Shown: piece by piece, positions 1-11,570 of the stretch
How the letters are laid out: each line of letters opens with the position of its first letter
Position numbering within the stretch: position 1 is the stretch's first letter
Assembly: GCF_046119375.1 (NCBI RefSeq)
Contig: NW_027362771.1
Span: forward strand, 150,040,001-150,104,000
Direction: 5' to 3'
From: Phyllobates terribilis
Taxonomy: Eukaryota
DNA length: 64,000 nt
Position numbers and translations under genes: made by a program
The notes under the pieces: generated by a model
Told to the model about the DNA's origin: nothing
Database searches by the model: none
The model's input: only the letters and a program-made list of their open reading frames with translations

Positions 1-1482
1 GTGCGTTTTTACCATCAGTGTGTCATCAGTGTACGGTGCGTTTTTACCATCAGTGTGTCATCAGTGTACGGTGCGTTTTTACCATCAGTGTGTCATCAGT
101 GTACGGTCCGTTTTTACCATCAGTGTGTCATCAGTGTACGGTCCGTTTTTACCATCAGTGTACAGTCCGTTTTTACCATCAGTATGTCATCAGTGTATGG
201 TGCGTTTTTACCATCAGTGTGTCATCAGTGTACGGTCCGTTTTTGCCATCAGTGTGTCATCAGTGTACGGTCCGTTTTTACCATCAGTGTGTCATCAGTG
301 TACGGTCCGTTTTTACCATCAGTGTGTCATCAGTGTACGGTCCGTTTTTACCATCAGTGTGTCATCAGTGTACGGTCCGTTTTTACCATCAGTGTGTCAT
401 CAGTGTACGGTCCGTTTTTACCATCAGTGTACAGTCCGTTTTTACCATCAGTGTGTCATCAGGGTATGGTGCGTTTTTACCATCAGTGTGTCATCAGTGT
501 ATGGTGCGTTTTTACCATCAGTGTGTCATCAGTGTATGGTCCGTTTTTACCATCAGTATGTCATCAGTGTATGGTGCGTTTTTACCATCAGTGTGTCATC
601 AGTGTACGGTCCGTTTTTGCCATCAGTGTGTCATCAGTGTACGGTCCGTTTTTACCATCAGTGTGTCATCAGTGTACGGTCCGTTTTTACCATCAGTGTG
701 TCATCAGTGTACGGTCCGTTTTTACCATCAGTGTGTCATCAGTGTACGGTCCGTTTTTACCATCAGTGTGTCATCAGTGTACGGTCCGTTTTTACCATCA
801 GTGTACAGTCCGTTTTTACCATCAGTGTGTCATCAGGGTATGGTGCGTTTTTACCATCAGTGTGTCATCAGTGTATGGTGCGTTTTTACCATCAGTGTGT
901 CATCAGTGTATGGTGCGTTTTTACCATCAGTGTGTCATCAGTGTACGGTGCGTTTTTACCATCAGTGTGTCATCAGTGTACGGTCCGTTTTTACCATCAG
1001 TGTACGGTCCGTTTTTGCCATCAGTGTGTCATCAGTGTATGGTGCGTTTTTACCATCAGTGTGTCATCAGTGTATGGTGCGTTTTTACCATCAGTGTGTC
1101 ATCAGTGTACGGTCCGTTTTTACCATCAGTGTGTCATCAGTGTACGGTCCGTTTTTACCATCAGTGTACGGTCCGTTTTTGCCATCAGTGTGTCATCAGT
1201 GTACGGTCCGTTTTTACCATCAGTGTGTCATCAGTGTACGGTCCGTTTTTACCATCAGTGTGTCATCAGTGTACGGTGCGTTTTTACCATCAGTGTGTCA
1301 TCAGTGTACGGTGCGTTTTTACCATCAGTGTGTCATCCGTGTACGGTGCGTTTTTACCATCAGTGTGTCATCAGTGTATGGTGCGTTTTTACCATCAGTG
1401 TGTCATCAGTGTACGGTCCGTTTTTACCATCAGTGTGTCATCAGTGTACGGTCCGTTTTTACCATCAGTGTGTCATCAGTGT
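1..1482. repeat. 35-bp minisatellite (GTGCGTTTTTACCATCAGTGTGTCATCAGTGTACG) with occasional 24-bp variant units; continues past the left edge; lies in N6AMT1 intron 2
   Basis: Unit read directly: position 36 restarts position 1. The unit has no plus-strand stop triplet, which explains the three ~490-500 aa repetitive ORFs. Confidence 0.97.
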
Positions 1483-2246
1483 TTTTCACAGATAGATAAA
1501 TAAGTAAATAAATGATGAAGCTTCTTCTTCACTTTACAATGGTAAGCACGGAAGGCACATAGACCATACACTGAAGCCCTCCCAGTTTTGCATGGACACC
1601 TGGGCCATCAAATAACACGGAAATGTGAATAACACCATATATTATAATGGGTACATGTTGTTAAAAAACACAGATAGAACACATACGTGCAACACGGACG
1701 CCTGAATGAGGACTTAGACACTTTTTCTGACTCATCTAAAATAATACGGTCTAAAATGTAGACAGTTTGAGTAAATCTGCCCCAAAGTTTTTGAGAAAAA
1801 GCCTTATGGGTCAATGCCTGAACGGTATGCAAGTACAATGCTAAAAGGGTTGTCCATCATTTGGACTCTTTCCCATTTCTCCTTTGGGATCTATAGTTAC
1901 GTTGTCATTATGAACAAAATCTCATGGAGGCCTGCAGAGGTTTGACAACATGGCCACATGACGTTCCATCACTCCAAGCCAGGTCTCAGAATCCTTGGCA
2001 AACAGGTCATTTTCCCAGGAGGGAAGCAGATTTCAGTAATTCGCCTGCCCTGCTGGTAGACCAACTAATGTATTACATGCCGCCAGGCACATAGAAGAGG
2101 CCCAAACCCCTACAGGGGACCCCCTATAACACCTATATGGCATGTACCCAATAGGGGATACACCTTTGTATGGCATTAGTAGGACCCCTGTACCTCTAAA
2201 CAAATGTGCATTTATCACAAGCAAAGGCAGGGAAAAATTCACGTAC

Positions 2247-2333
2247 AGATACCACGCATGAGGTCCAATAAGTGATGCCACAAAGGCGGACACCACGCCA
2301 GAGCCACAGCCGACTTCTAGGCAGATCTCCACT
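2247..2333 (-). CDS. N6AMT1: N6AMT1/HEMK2 methyltransferase, coding exon 2 (87 nt; (G)VEICLEVGCGSGVVSAFVASLIGPHAWY(L))
   Basis: SAM-binding motif I (LEVGCGSG) matches the vertebrate N6AMT1 sequence VEICLEVGSGSGVVSAF. Minus-strand acceptor TTACAG ends at 2334 and donor GTACGT starts at 2246. Phase 2 joins exon 1 (GG+A = Gly). Confidence 0.93.
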
Positions 2334-2914
2334 CTGTAAGAGACGTAAAGAGGAATCTGTTACAGAAAATAAAGGGTTTACAAGTTACGTTTGTTATTTC
2401 GTAGTATTCAGGAACTAGACATTGAGAAGTATATTTTCCTAGTTTTTCAATACACAAGCTATTCTGCTATGCATTGCCTCTTTCATGCACTCAGGCCACG
2501 TTCTCACTTTGTTCAGTGTTTTGATCCATTTAAGTGTTTGGATAGAGCCGTAAGTAATATGTCTGAGACTTAAACATTTCAATTATCCTTTTCCTGTGTG
2601 TAGGATGGGATCGTTTCAGTTTTAAGTCCTCTCATCAAGACAACCCATGTCCATGTGCATAAGAATATCATGGGGGTTGTGGTCCCCAGCTTTGGAGCTT
2701 CCCAACCCTTTTACAGCCAGAGAATAGTTTTATAACTCGATTTTCATTCTGGTAGACTTGTGCTGTCTTTGTATCACAAGAGCTTCATGTTTTACATCTG
2801 TCCTGATAAGAATAGAGTGGGATTCAGGTGATTTAAATGAATTTAAAAGGAAAGACAGATGCAAAATACTGACAAAAAAAAAAAAAAAAAAAAAACACGT
2901 GTGGATGAAGCCAA

Positions 2915-3550
2915 GGCCGGGCTCAGACAGCCAGATTTCATGTTCAGTATACGGACCACAATGCACGGACTGACCGGGGGTCTCCTGACCCAAACTCATG
3001 AGGCTGTAAATTCAGGTGAGGTGACCCATGCATAGTCTGGGCCTTAGGCTGGGTTGACATGGGTATATTTCAAGGCCGGTATACGGACCACGACACCCGG
3101 ACTGACCATGGGTCTCCTGAGTCCTGACCCAAACTCATATGTGCCTATGAGGCTGTAAATTCAGATCAGGTTACTCATGGACAGTCTGGGTCTTAGGCTG
3201 GGTTCACATGGGTATATTTACTGGACTGTAAAGGGACCACAATGCCCAGACTGACCATGGGTCTTCTGACCCAAACTCATATGTGCCTATGAGGCTGTAA
3301 ATTCAGTTGAGATGACCCATGAACAGTCTGGGCATTGCAGTCAGACCGTTAAACAGTCAGTCTCATCCTGGCCTTAGGCTGATTTCACACGCACGTATTC
3401 ACGGCCTGTATACGGACCAGAATGGCCAGAGTGACCGCAGGTCTCCTGACCAGAACTTATACCCTAATAGACACATATGAGTTTGGGTCAGGAGACCCAC
3501 CACCAGACCGGGCATTGTGACCGTATACAGAATGTGAAATACACCCAGCT
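2915..3550. mobile_element. Tandem run of four related PIF/Harbinger-type MITE units; only the last (3377-3550) is a complete foldback
   Basis: Units start at 2915, 3047, 3196 and 3377. The last three start with TTA|GGCTG. All share GGACCACAATGC..GGTCTCCTGACCCAAACTCAT. The last unit has inverted arms and TTA on both sides (3374-3376, 3551-3553). Confidence 0.7.
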
Positions 3551-3719
3551 TTAGGGTAGTAAACGTGTGTACAGCCTCAACTGACACGGACTTGTGACAT
3601 TTTTCCAACAGATGACAGTGAATGTTTCCAGGTACAACACAGTCTTTCAGCAACAAGGATGATATTCCTCAAAGGATGTTCCCTTGCTGGGGAATACAAT
3701 GCCTACACGGGGACATTTA

Positions 3720-4102
3720 GGCTATGTGCCCACGATGCAGAATTGAAGCAGAAAATTTCTGCAGCGTTTCTGCATGTCCTTGGCAGTAAAAACGCACGTG
3801 GATTTTACACGCGTTTTTTAATCGTTTTTGCAGCGTTCTTACATGCGGATTTTACACGCATTTTTGACGTGTTTTTGCAGCGTTTTTACATGCGGATTTG
3901 ACTTGCGTTTTTCAAATGCATTGTGACCTCAAATCCGCATGCGGAAACACACAAATAATGGACATGCTGCGGAAAATTCCGCAGCATGTGCACAGAACAT
4001 GCGGATTTTCATTGGGCATCACGGGGCACGTATTACCAAGTGTTTTTAAAGCGTTTCTGCTGCGGAAATTCCACATCAAAAACGCATAGTGGGCACGCAG
4101 CC
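3720..4102. mobile_element. PIF/Harbinger-type (Tourist-like) MITE
   Basis: TIR GGCTATGTGCCCAC / GTGGGCACGCAGCC; TTA target duplication at 3717-3719 and 4103-4105; no coding capacity. Confidence 0.8.
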
Positions 4103-4304
4103 TTAGGAAACTTTTTAATTGTAAAATTGTCTTTGTTGCTCCTAGCAACCAATCAGAACCCAGTTTATATTCTGAATTCAGCTCATGAAAACTGGAAGCT
4201 GCGATGTGATTGGTGGCTACAGGCAGCAAACAGTTGATAGATCTGCTGAGTGGTGATTTTGAGCAGCAGTTCTACACAAATATATATGTCAGCACTTGAA
4301 TTAC

Positions 4305-4429
4305 CCAGATTTCAGCTCCTCTGCCTCCTTCTCCAAGGCATCAATTAAAAGAAAAGTGTCCTCAGCCGGGTCATACACTTCAGTAAAATCTCCACGCCCG
4401 ACATGTGAGTGCACAGGAGTGGGGAGCAT
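4305..4429 (-). CDS. N6AMT1: N6AMT1/HEMK2 first coding exon (125 nt; MLPTPVHSHVGRGDFTEVYDPAEDTFLLIDALEKEAEELKS(G))
   Basis: Matches the conserved N6AMT1 N-terminus (TP.H.HVGRG.F..VY.PAEDTFLL.DALE). ATG at 4429-4427; GTAA donor at 4304. Exons 3 onward are not in the window. Confidence 0.93.
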
Positions 4430-4549
4430 CCTGCAGACTGGAAGCAGAAATCTGATGGTTACTACAAGGATTATTCCATGGATGAGCAGCTGGAACTGTT
4501 GGATCACCCAGATGTAAGCAGAGCCTCTGTGACAGTACACAGCAGAGAC

Positions 4550-4715
4550 AGGCTCATGACGTCACAGAGAGGACACGTGATGCCTCTGCACTGTGGTATA
4601 CAGACCAGGGGTTGTTCTGTCGTCTGCCCTGTCCACCATCCAGCTCCGCACATGGCCCTGTATAGACTGCTGCTCCTGAGAGCGATGATGTCACGGGAAG
4701 GGGCGGAGCCTCCAC
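4550..4715. promoter_or_regulatory. Candidate N6AMT1 proximal promoter: CRE palindrome and GC box
   Basis: TGACGTCA at 4557-4564 and GGGGCGGAGC at 4700-4709, in a locally GC-rich stretch 130-280 nt upstream of the ATG. Confidence 0.4.
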
Positions 4716-5397
4716 ATCACCGTGCTCAGCTCATGCCAGGAAGCAGCAGTGCATGTGTGTCCGTAAGGGCTCGTTCACACCAGTGTGTACCACCGACCAG
4801 TGCTATCCCATGTTTTATCAGATAGCACTTGGCCCAATGTTATATTATGGCACAGTGCAGATCTGCAGCATACGTGTGGCTCCGCAAATCGGAAAACGTG
4901 CACCCATACAAGTCTATGAATACACTGATTTGTCCTCAATATAGCCATAAAGCAAAAAAATCCATAATGAACTCCAAAAAGAAGGGGGCTTTTTAATAGG
5001 CAAAGTAGTGCATTAAAATAGCAACATTGCCTGTGTATTCAGTCTATTATTATACTCTCCTGATTATTTTAATCTGCACCTTTTATTTTTTATGGTGTTA
5101 TATTAGCGCTAATCTACTTAGCAACATTCCTTGAGGAATTTATTCATATATATTTATTAAATTGTAACATGTGGGTGATGCTCTGTATTTCTTGATTATA
5201 AATTTGTGTACACTACCCCTTCGCTTCTATTTATAAGCTACAGCATTTTTTCCTACCCTTGTTACCGTATTAATTTTGTATACTATTTTATATTAATTCC
5301 GGGACAACCTACTGTTTGTCTCATCGTTTTGTCTTACTATGGTTTTAATAAATAGTTTAATAAAATAAACTATTTTAATGCATTACTTTGCCTATTA

Positions 5398-5845
5398 CAA
5401 CCCCTGGCAAAAATTATGGAATCACCGGGCTCGGAGGATGTTCATTCAGTTGTTTAATGTTGTTGAAAAAAAGCAGATCACAGACATGGCACAAAACTAA
5501 AGTCATTTCAAATGGCAACTTTAGGGCTTTAAGAAACACTAAAAGAAATCAAGATTAAAAATGTGGTACTCAGTAAGGGTAATTGTTTTCAGACCAAGCA
5601 GAGGGAAAAAATTATGGAATCACTCAATTCTGAGGAAAAAATTATGGAATCATGAAAAACAAACACACAAAAGAACAATCCAATACATCACTAGTATTTT
5701 GTTGCACCACCTCTGGCTTTAATAACAGCTTGCAGTCTCTGAGGCATGGACTTAAAAAAGTTTTTTTGTTATCATTCATATTCTCTGAAACCAGGCCAAA
5801 AAAGGAAAAATTCTGCCGGGGTATGTAAACTTTTGAGCACAACTG
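5398..5845. mobile_element. Tc1/mariner remnant; the two ends belong to different Tc1 families
   Basis: Left end is TA|CAACCCCTGGCAAAAATTATGGAATC, with the direct repeat AAAATTATGGAATCA three times (IR/DR type). Right end is GTATGTAAACTTTTGAGCACAACTG|TA, a different Tc1 TIR. No transposase. Confidence 0.7.
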
Positions 5846-8070
5846 TATATACCAGGATGAGGGACATATATATCAGGATGAAGAACATATATACCAGGAT
5901 TGGGGACATGTATATCAGGATGAGGGACATATATACCAGGATAGGGGACATATATACCAGGATGAGGGACATATATACCAGGATGAGGGGCATATATACC
6001 AGGATGGGGGACATATATATCAGGATGGAGGACATATATACCAGGATGAGGGACATATATACAAGGATGAGGGGCATATATACCAGGATGGGGGACATAT
6101 ATATCAGGATGGAGGACATATATACCAGGATGAGGGACATATATACCAGGATGGGGGACATATATACCAGGATGAGGGACATATATACCAGGATGGGGGA
6201 CATATATACCAGGATGAGGGACATATATACCAGGATGGGGGACATATATACCAGGATGAGGGACATATATACCAGGATGGGGGACATATATACCAGGATG
6301 AGGGACATATATACCAGGATGGGGGACATATATACCAGGATGAGGGACATATATACCAGGATGGGGGATGTATATACCAGGATGGGGGACATATATACCA
6401 GGATGGGGGACATATATACCAGGATGAGGGACATATATATCAGGATGGAGGACATATATATCAGGATGGAGGACATATATATCAGGATGGGGGACATATA
6501 TACCAGGATGGGGGACATATATACCAGGATGGGGGACATATATACCAGGATGAGGGACATATATACCAGGATGAGGGACATATATACCAGGATGGGGGAC
6601 ATATATACCAGGATGAGGGACATATATACCAGGATGGGGGACATATATACCAGGATGAGGGACATATATACCAGGATGGGGGACATATATACCAGGATGA
6701 GGGACATATATACCAGGATGGGGGACATATATACCAGGATGAGGGACATATATACCAGGATGGGGGATGTATATACCAGGATGGGGGACATATATACCAG
6801 GATGGGGGACATATATACCAGGATGAGGGACATATATATCAGGATGGAGGACATATATATCAGGATGGAGGACATATATATCAGGATGGGGGACATATAT
6901 ACCAGGATGGGGGACATATATACCAGGATGGGGGACATATATACCAGGATGGGGGACATATATACCAGGATGAGGGACATATATACCAGGATGAGGGACA
7001 TATATACCAGGATGGGGGACATATATACCAGGATGAGGGACATATATATCAGGATGGAGGACATATATACCAGGATGGGGGACATATATATCAGGATGGA
7101 GGACATATATATCAGGATGGGGGACATATATACCAGGATGGGGGACATATATACCAGGATGGGGGACATATATACCAGGATGAGGGACATATATACCAGG
7201 ATGAGGGACATATATACCAGGATGGGGGACATATATACCAGGATGAGGGACATATATATCAGGATGGAGGACATATATACCAGGATGGGGGACATATATA
7301 TCAGGATGGAGGACATATATATCAGGATGGGGGACATATATACCAGGATGGGGGACATATATACCAGGATGAGGGACATATATACCAGGATGAGGGACAT
7401 ATATACCAGGATGAGGGACATATATACCAGGATGGGGGACATATATACCAGGATGAGGGACATATATACCAGGATGGGGGACATATATACCAGGATGAGG
7501 GACATATATACCAGGATGGGGGACATATATACCAGGATGAGGGACATATATACCAGGATGGGGGACGTATATACCAGGATGAGGGACGTATATACCAGGA
7601 TGGGGGATGTATATACCAGGATGGGGGACATATATACCAGGATGGGGGACATATATACCAGGATGAGGGACATATATATCAGGATGGAGGACATATATAT
7701 CAGGATGGAGGACATATATACCAGGATGGGGGACATATATACCAGGATGGGGGACATATATACCAGGATGAGGGACATATATACCAGGATGAGGGACATA
7801 TATACCAGGATGAGGGACATATATACCAGGATGGGGGACATATATACCAGGATGAGGGACATATATACCAGGATGGGGGACATATATACCAGGATGAGGG
7901 ACGTATATACCAGGATGGGGGATGTATATACCAGGATGGGGGACATATATACCAGGATGAGGGACATATATATCAGGATGGAGGACATATATATCAGGAT
8001 GGAGGACATATATACCAGGATGGGGGACATATATATCAGGATGGGGCCCAGGATAAGGGACATATACACC
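5846..8070. repeat. 21-bp minisatellite (ATACCAGGATGGGGGACATAT), about 105 copies, with higher-order blocks
   Basis: Unit read directly. The length is a multiple of 3, which produces the artefactual 765-836 aa ORFs (RMGDIYT / YVPHPGI / MSPILVY repeats). Confidence 0.97.
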
Positions 8071-8074
8071 TAGA

Positions 8075-8317
8075 TGGAGCCAGGATGGGGGACAAATATA
8101 TTGATGGGGCCCAGGATGGTGGACATTACTAGATAATGTCGGGGGGGGGGGGGGGGGGGTGACATATATGTTTGTATAGGATTTAGAACGCCGCAAGGGC
8201 CCATACTTCTGACCAACATACAAGTGTGTGTGGGGAGAGGGTGGGGGCAGGTTGGGAGAGGGTGGGGGCAGGTTCAAATTTGACACCAGGGTCCATCGGA
8301 CTCTAGTTACGCCACTA
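8075..8317. mobile_element. Right arm of a hAT-like non-autonomous element that hosts the 21-bp array
   Basis: The array decays into unique sequence ending TAGTTACGCCACTA (8304-8317), the reverse complement of a hAT-like TAGTGGCGTAACTA terminus. The partner end is not found. Confidence 0.45.
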
Positions 8318-8599
8318 AGTAGGAATAATCAGTGATGATGATAATAGTAATAATAATGAATAATTGCAATAACATAATGTATTACAATAGTCATAACATA
8401 AATAATATTAATAGTGATTATGGTAATAATGAATTAATTTAGGTTTCAGGCAGCTTTGATAAATGCTATAAAGTTGAGGTCAATACTCAAACAGTCCACT
8501 ACGCGGCGCACTTCAAGCACAAAGCCGCCACCACGAGCCTTCACGTTTCCAGACATAGGATGACTGACAGGAAGATTAACAAATCAGGAGTCGAGGAGT

Positions 8600-8695
8600 T
8601 TTCACGGCCAGCCAATAGAAAGGGTATAGTAGGGTGACGTATCACGGCGCAGGCCCTGGCACTTCCTTTCGCTCGGCGGCAGGGATCGAGGCAGC
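8600..8695 (+). promoter_or_regulatory. RPL18A core promoter and 5' UTR: CCAAT box and TCT/5'TOP polypyrimidine start
   Basis: GCCAAT near 8611 and CTTCCTTTC at 8662-8670, about 30 nt upstream of the ATG. This is the typical start of vertebrate ribosomal-protein genes. Confidence 0.8.
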
Positions 8696-8713
8696 ATGAA
8701 GGCGTCCGGCACT
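8696..8713 (+). CDS. RPL18A: 60S ribosomal protein L18a (eL20), exon 1 (MKASGT)
   Basis: ATG AAG GCG TCC GGC ACT then GTAAGA donor. The exons total 18+180+130+110+93 = 531 nt = 176 aa + stop. Confidence 0.93.
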
Positions 8714-8976
8714 GTAAGAATCTGCTGGGATTCAGGGCATGGGGGCACATATTAGGGAAGGGCGCGCTCTCTGGTGGCCCTAAGCCTTACCTGGAGGCGC
8801 CGTGTGTGCTGGCTCTGGTTGGGCACGGCTCACTTGGGGTATAGAAGCTCTGCTTTCTTGCGGCCTACATCATGGCGGCTCAGGTTCAGCCATGTGGAGG
8901 ACTGGCGTGGGCCGCAGTGTCTGTGGATGCCTGGTATCCTGTCAGGCCGCAGCCTCCTCCCTCTCTCGTGTACTGA

Positions 8977-9066
8977 GGGCCGGTATCTGGTGGCCCAGGG
9001 CCGGTATCTGGTGGCCCAGGGCCGGTATCTGGTGGCCCAAGGCCGGTATCTGGTGGCCCAGGGCCG
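8977..9066. repeat. 21-bp GC-rich tandem repeat (GGGCCGGTATCTGGTGGCCCA) x4 in RPL18A intron 1
   Basis: Four near-identical units read directly; the source of the overlapping AQGRYLV-type ORFs. Confidence 0.9.
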
Positions 9067-9936
9067 CTCCCATGTGCTCTGCACACAAACCCAAAGATCG
9101 CCGCTGCCTCCTCCGTGGTGATCTTGTCTGCTGTGCACAGAGGACAGGACCTTGTCGCCTACCTTGGGCTGCAGTGCTCATGGCAGTGATACAGAAGGTC
9201 CAACATCCCTATGAAGTCCTCTCCAGCTCCTGCATGGTGGGGAACTGGACTGCTGGGGTTAATACTATGTTTTCACAGCAGATTAACATTAGAACAGGGG
9301 GTTATATTTATACCACTATCCGGAGTCCCATCTGCTGATAAGCTAGGGGAATAGCGATTTATTGGGTGCAGCCTAAACCAAAAAATGTGATGGCAGCACA
9401 AGGGGGATTAAACTAGTGTCTGCTGGGTGGTCTCCTCACTAGCCATGACTCCTGGGTTCAGGGCAGAGCCAGTGACCCTGCAGATGATGGGCGCCACCCT
9501 GCAGGTCAATTACACGCACAGCTTTAGGGTGACTTACATTTTCTCTTGGTTATGAGAGTAGGCGTTATCCTTCACCTGTTTAGGGCAGTCCACAGAATTA
9601 AAGGGTGTTAAGAGCTGTCAGACTTCCCTTAGACTATTGCACCAGCTGTATGGGCCTTTTACGCTCTTGGCTGAGGAGTATCCGACTAGCTAGTAACCCT
9701 CATGTATGTTCTAGTACCCCTCCAGCATATTTTGGTTTAATGTCATGTTTGGATAGTAGTAGTAATGTATGTGCCCTGTCTGTAGTAAAATACAAACTGG
9801 TCGCAGTCTTCTGCTGCTCTGGTCTTCCTCTGCACCAAGTGACTGGCCAGATCACTCCATTGTTTGGCGGGTGGACCGGAAGTCACTTCTTGTTGTAAAT
9901 CTGAGACTCAGAACGAGGGTCTCAAACTTACATTAA

Positions 9937-10111
9937 GAGCACAGTCAGATGGCCATTTAAATCTGAACGCAGTGCACTGACTGACTGACTGGTCGGCAGC
10001 CCTCCCGACTGTAGTGTGACTGCTTCATGCAGCTGTTACGCTTGAGTTGGGGGAGCTGCTGGCTAGTCTTTGCACTGTGTTCAGATTTATATGACTATCT
10101 GACTGCGTCCC
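9937..10111. mobile_element. Foldback MITE in RPL18A intron 1
   Basis: Arms GCACAGTCAGATGGCCATTTAAATCTGAACGCAGTGCA and TGCACTGTGTTCAGATTTATATGACTATCTGACTGCG are imperfect reverse complements; preceded by TAA. Confidence 0.6.
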
Positions 10112-11258
10112 AAGAGAAAGTAACAGCAGTAATTTCCAGCCGGTCCCAAGATGGCGAAGATGGTTCTGAGCGGCGCTGGAAACAGTAGAAGCGACGACCA
10201 ATAAGTGTTTTATTACATACACGGAACATACATTACTGATACCTATCTGGTGGTGAAATAATAAAAGCCAAAGTGGTATTTTGAATGTATTCAATTTTGG
10301 TGGCGTCATCTGACCATGTTATGTGTATTGAGGCTTCCCATCATAGGGATTGGGTGGTTGTAACCCAGATCGTTTTGTTCGACTGGGAGATAATTGTGTA
10401 GAATTGTCTGGCACTGCCCTCTAATAGAGAACGGGAATGCACGGCCAAGTATTCCTGTACATGGCTGATCTCACTTCTCTCAATATGCCAGCGGCTATCT
10501 AGTGTGCATGGCCTGGCTAAATAACTGGAGATGGTGGCATTATACTCATTCAGTTCATTATCATATATGGTAGAGGTCCCCATTAAGAGGGCTGTCCACT
10601 ACATGTAAATCCCCCCCCCTCTTTTTTATTATCCATAATAGGACAATTTAAAAGGGGTTGCAAGTAGTGGACAACTTTTTTTTGAGTGATAACTGTTTAT
10701 TTCCTCTTGAATTGCTATTTAAAGAGTTGTCTGCCTGACACAAGTCCTTATTACATTCCCTATTGGAGCATGCTTAACCCTAGAACGCATACCTGGGGCC
10801 TCGCAGGCCCGCCCTGTTAATTATTCTCTGCAAGATTACTTTAGTTAGAATTTTGAAACTCTAGGTATTCCTCAGGTATATAGTTGTTTGTCATTTTTGT
10901 TTGAGTTATTCCATGTTATTTGCACACGGGCCTAAAAGGCAACAGGTATGTGAAAAAGTAGATTTTTATGGTCATGCGTTCTAGGGTTAAATACTGTAAG
11001 ACTTCCCTGACCCCTATAGCTATGTAATGCTTGGTTTCCCATTAACATTGAGCTTTGATGTGATGAGATGTTCAAAGGCTTTTTAGCTGCTAGATCCCTG
11101 GTATAGTTTGGACCCAGAGGAACTTAGAAGGGAATGAAGAACCTCATATATTCAAAACTCTATAACTTTAAGTTCTGGTACCTCACAGAAATGATCCCTT
11201 GTGACTTGTTCCCATCTATATAGTGCTATGTTGGTCTAATGGTTTCTTCTCATTGTAG

Positions 11259-11492
<234 letters not shown>

Positions 11493-11570
11493 TGAAAGAT
11501 AGTGCTTCTATACAGTATTGACCTGTAGTATACTCGGTATGTTTGGTGTTTCGGGCTGAAATTGTAGAGA

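Noticed and set aside
1-1503. Three overlapping 491-500 aa ORFs
   Set aside because: Translation of a stop-free 35-bp repeat cycling through all frames; it lies in an intron of a gene on the other strand.
4430-4540. 37-codon in-frame extension upstream of the N6AMT1 ATG
   Set aside because: No similarity to N6AMT1 proteins, and it overlaps an acceptor-like sequence; probably intron or UTR.
1-8070. CRISPR-like appearance of the regular repeats (also 26036-26574 and 28291-30965)
   Set aside because: Units are head-to-tail with no unique spacers, there are no cas genes, and the context is a spliced vertebrate locus.
5746-8286. 765-836 aa ORFs with heptad repeats (RMGDIYT, YVPHPGI, MSPILVY)
   Set aside because: A 21-bp unit is open in several frames on both strands; there is no unique domain, splice context or codon signature.
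11060-11200. Box C motif GTGATGA in RPL18A intron 1 (possible C/D snoRNA)
   Set aside because: No box D (CTGA) or terminal stem within the following about 140 nt.
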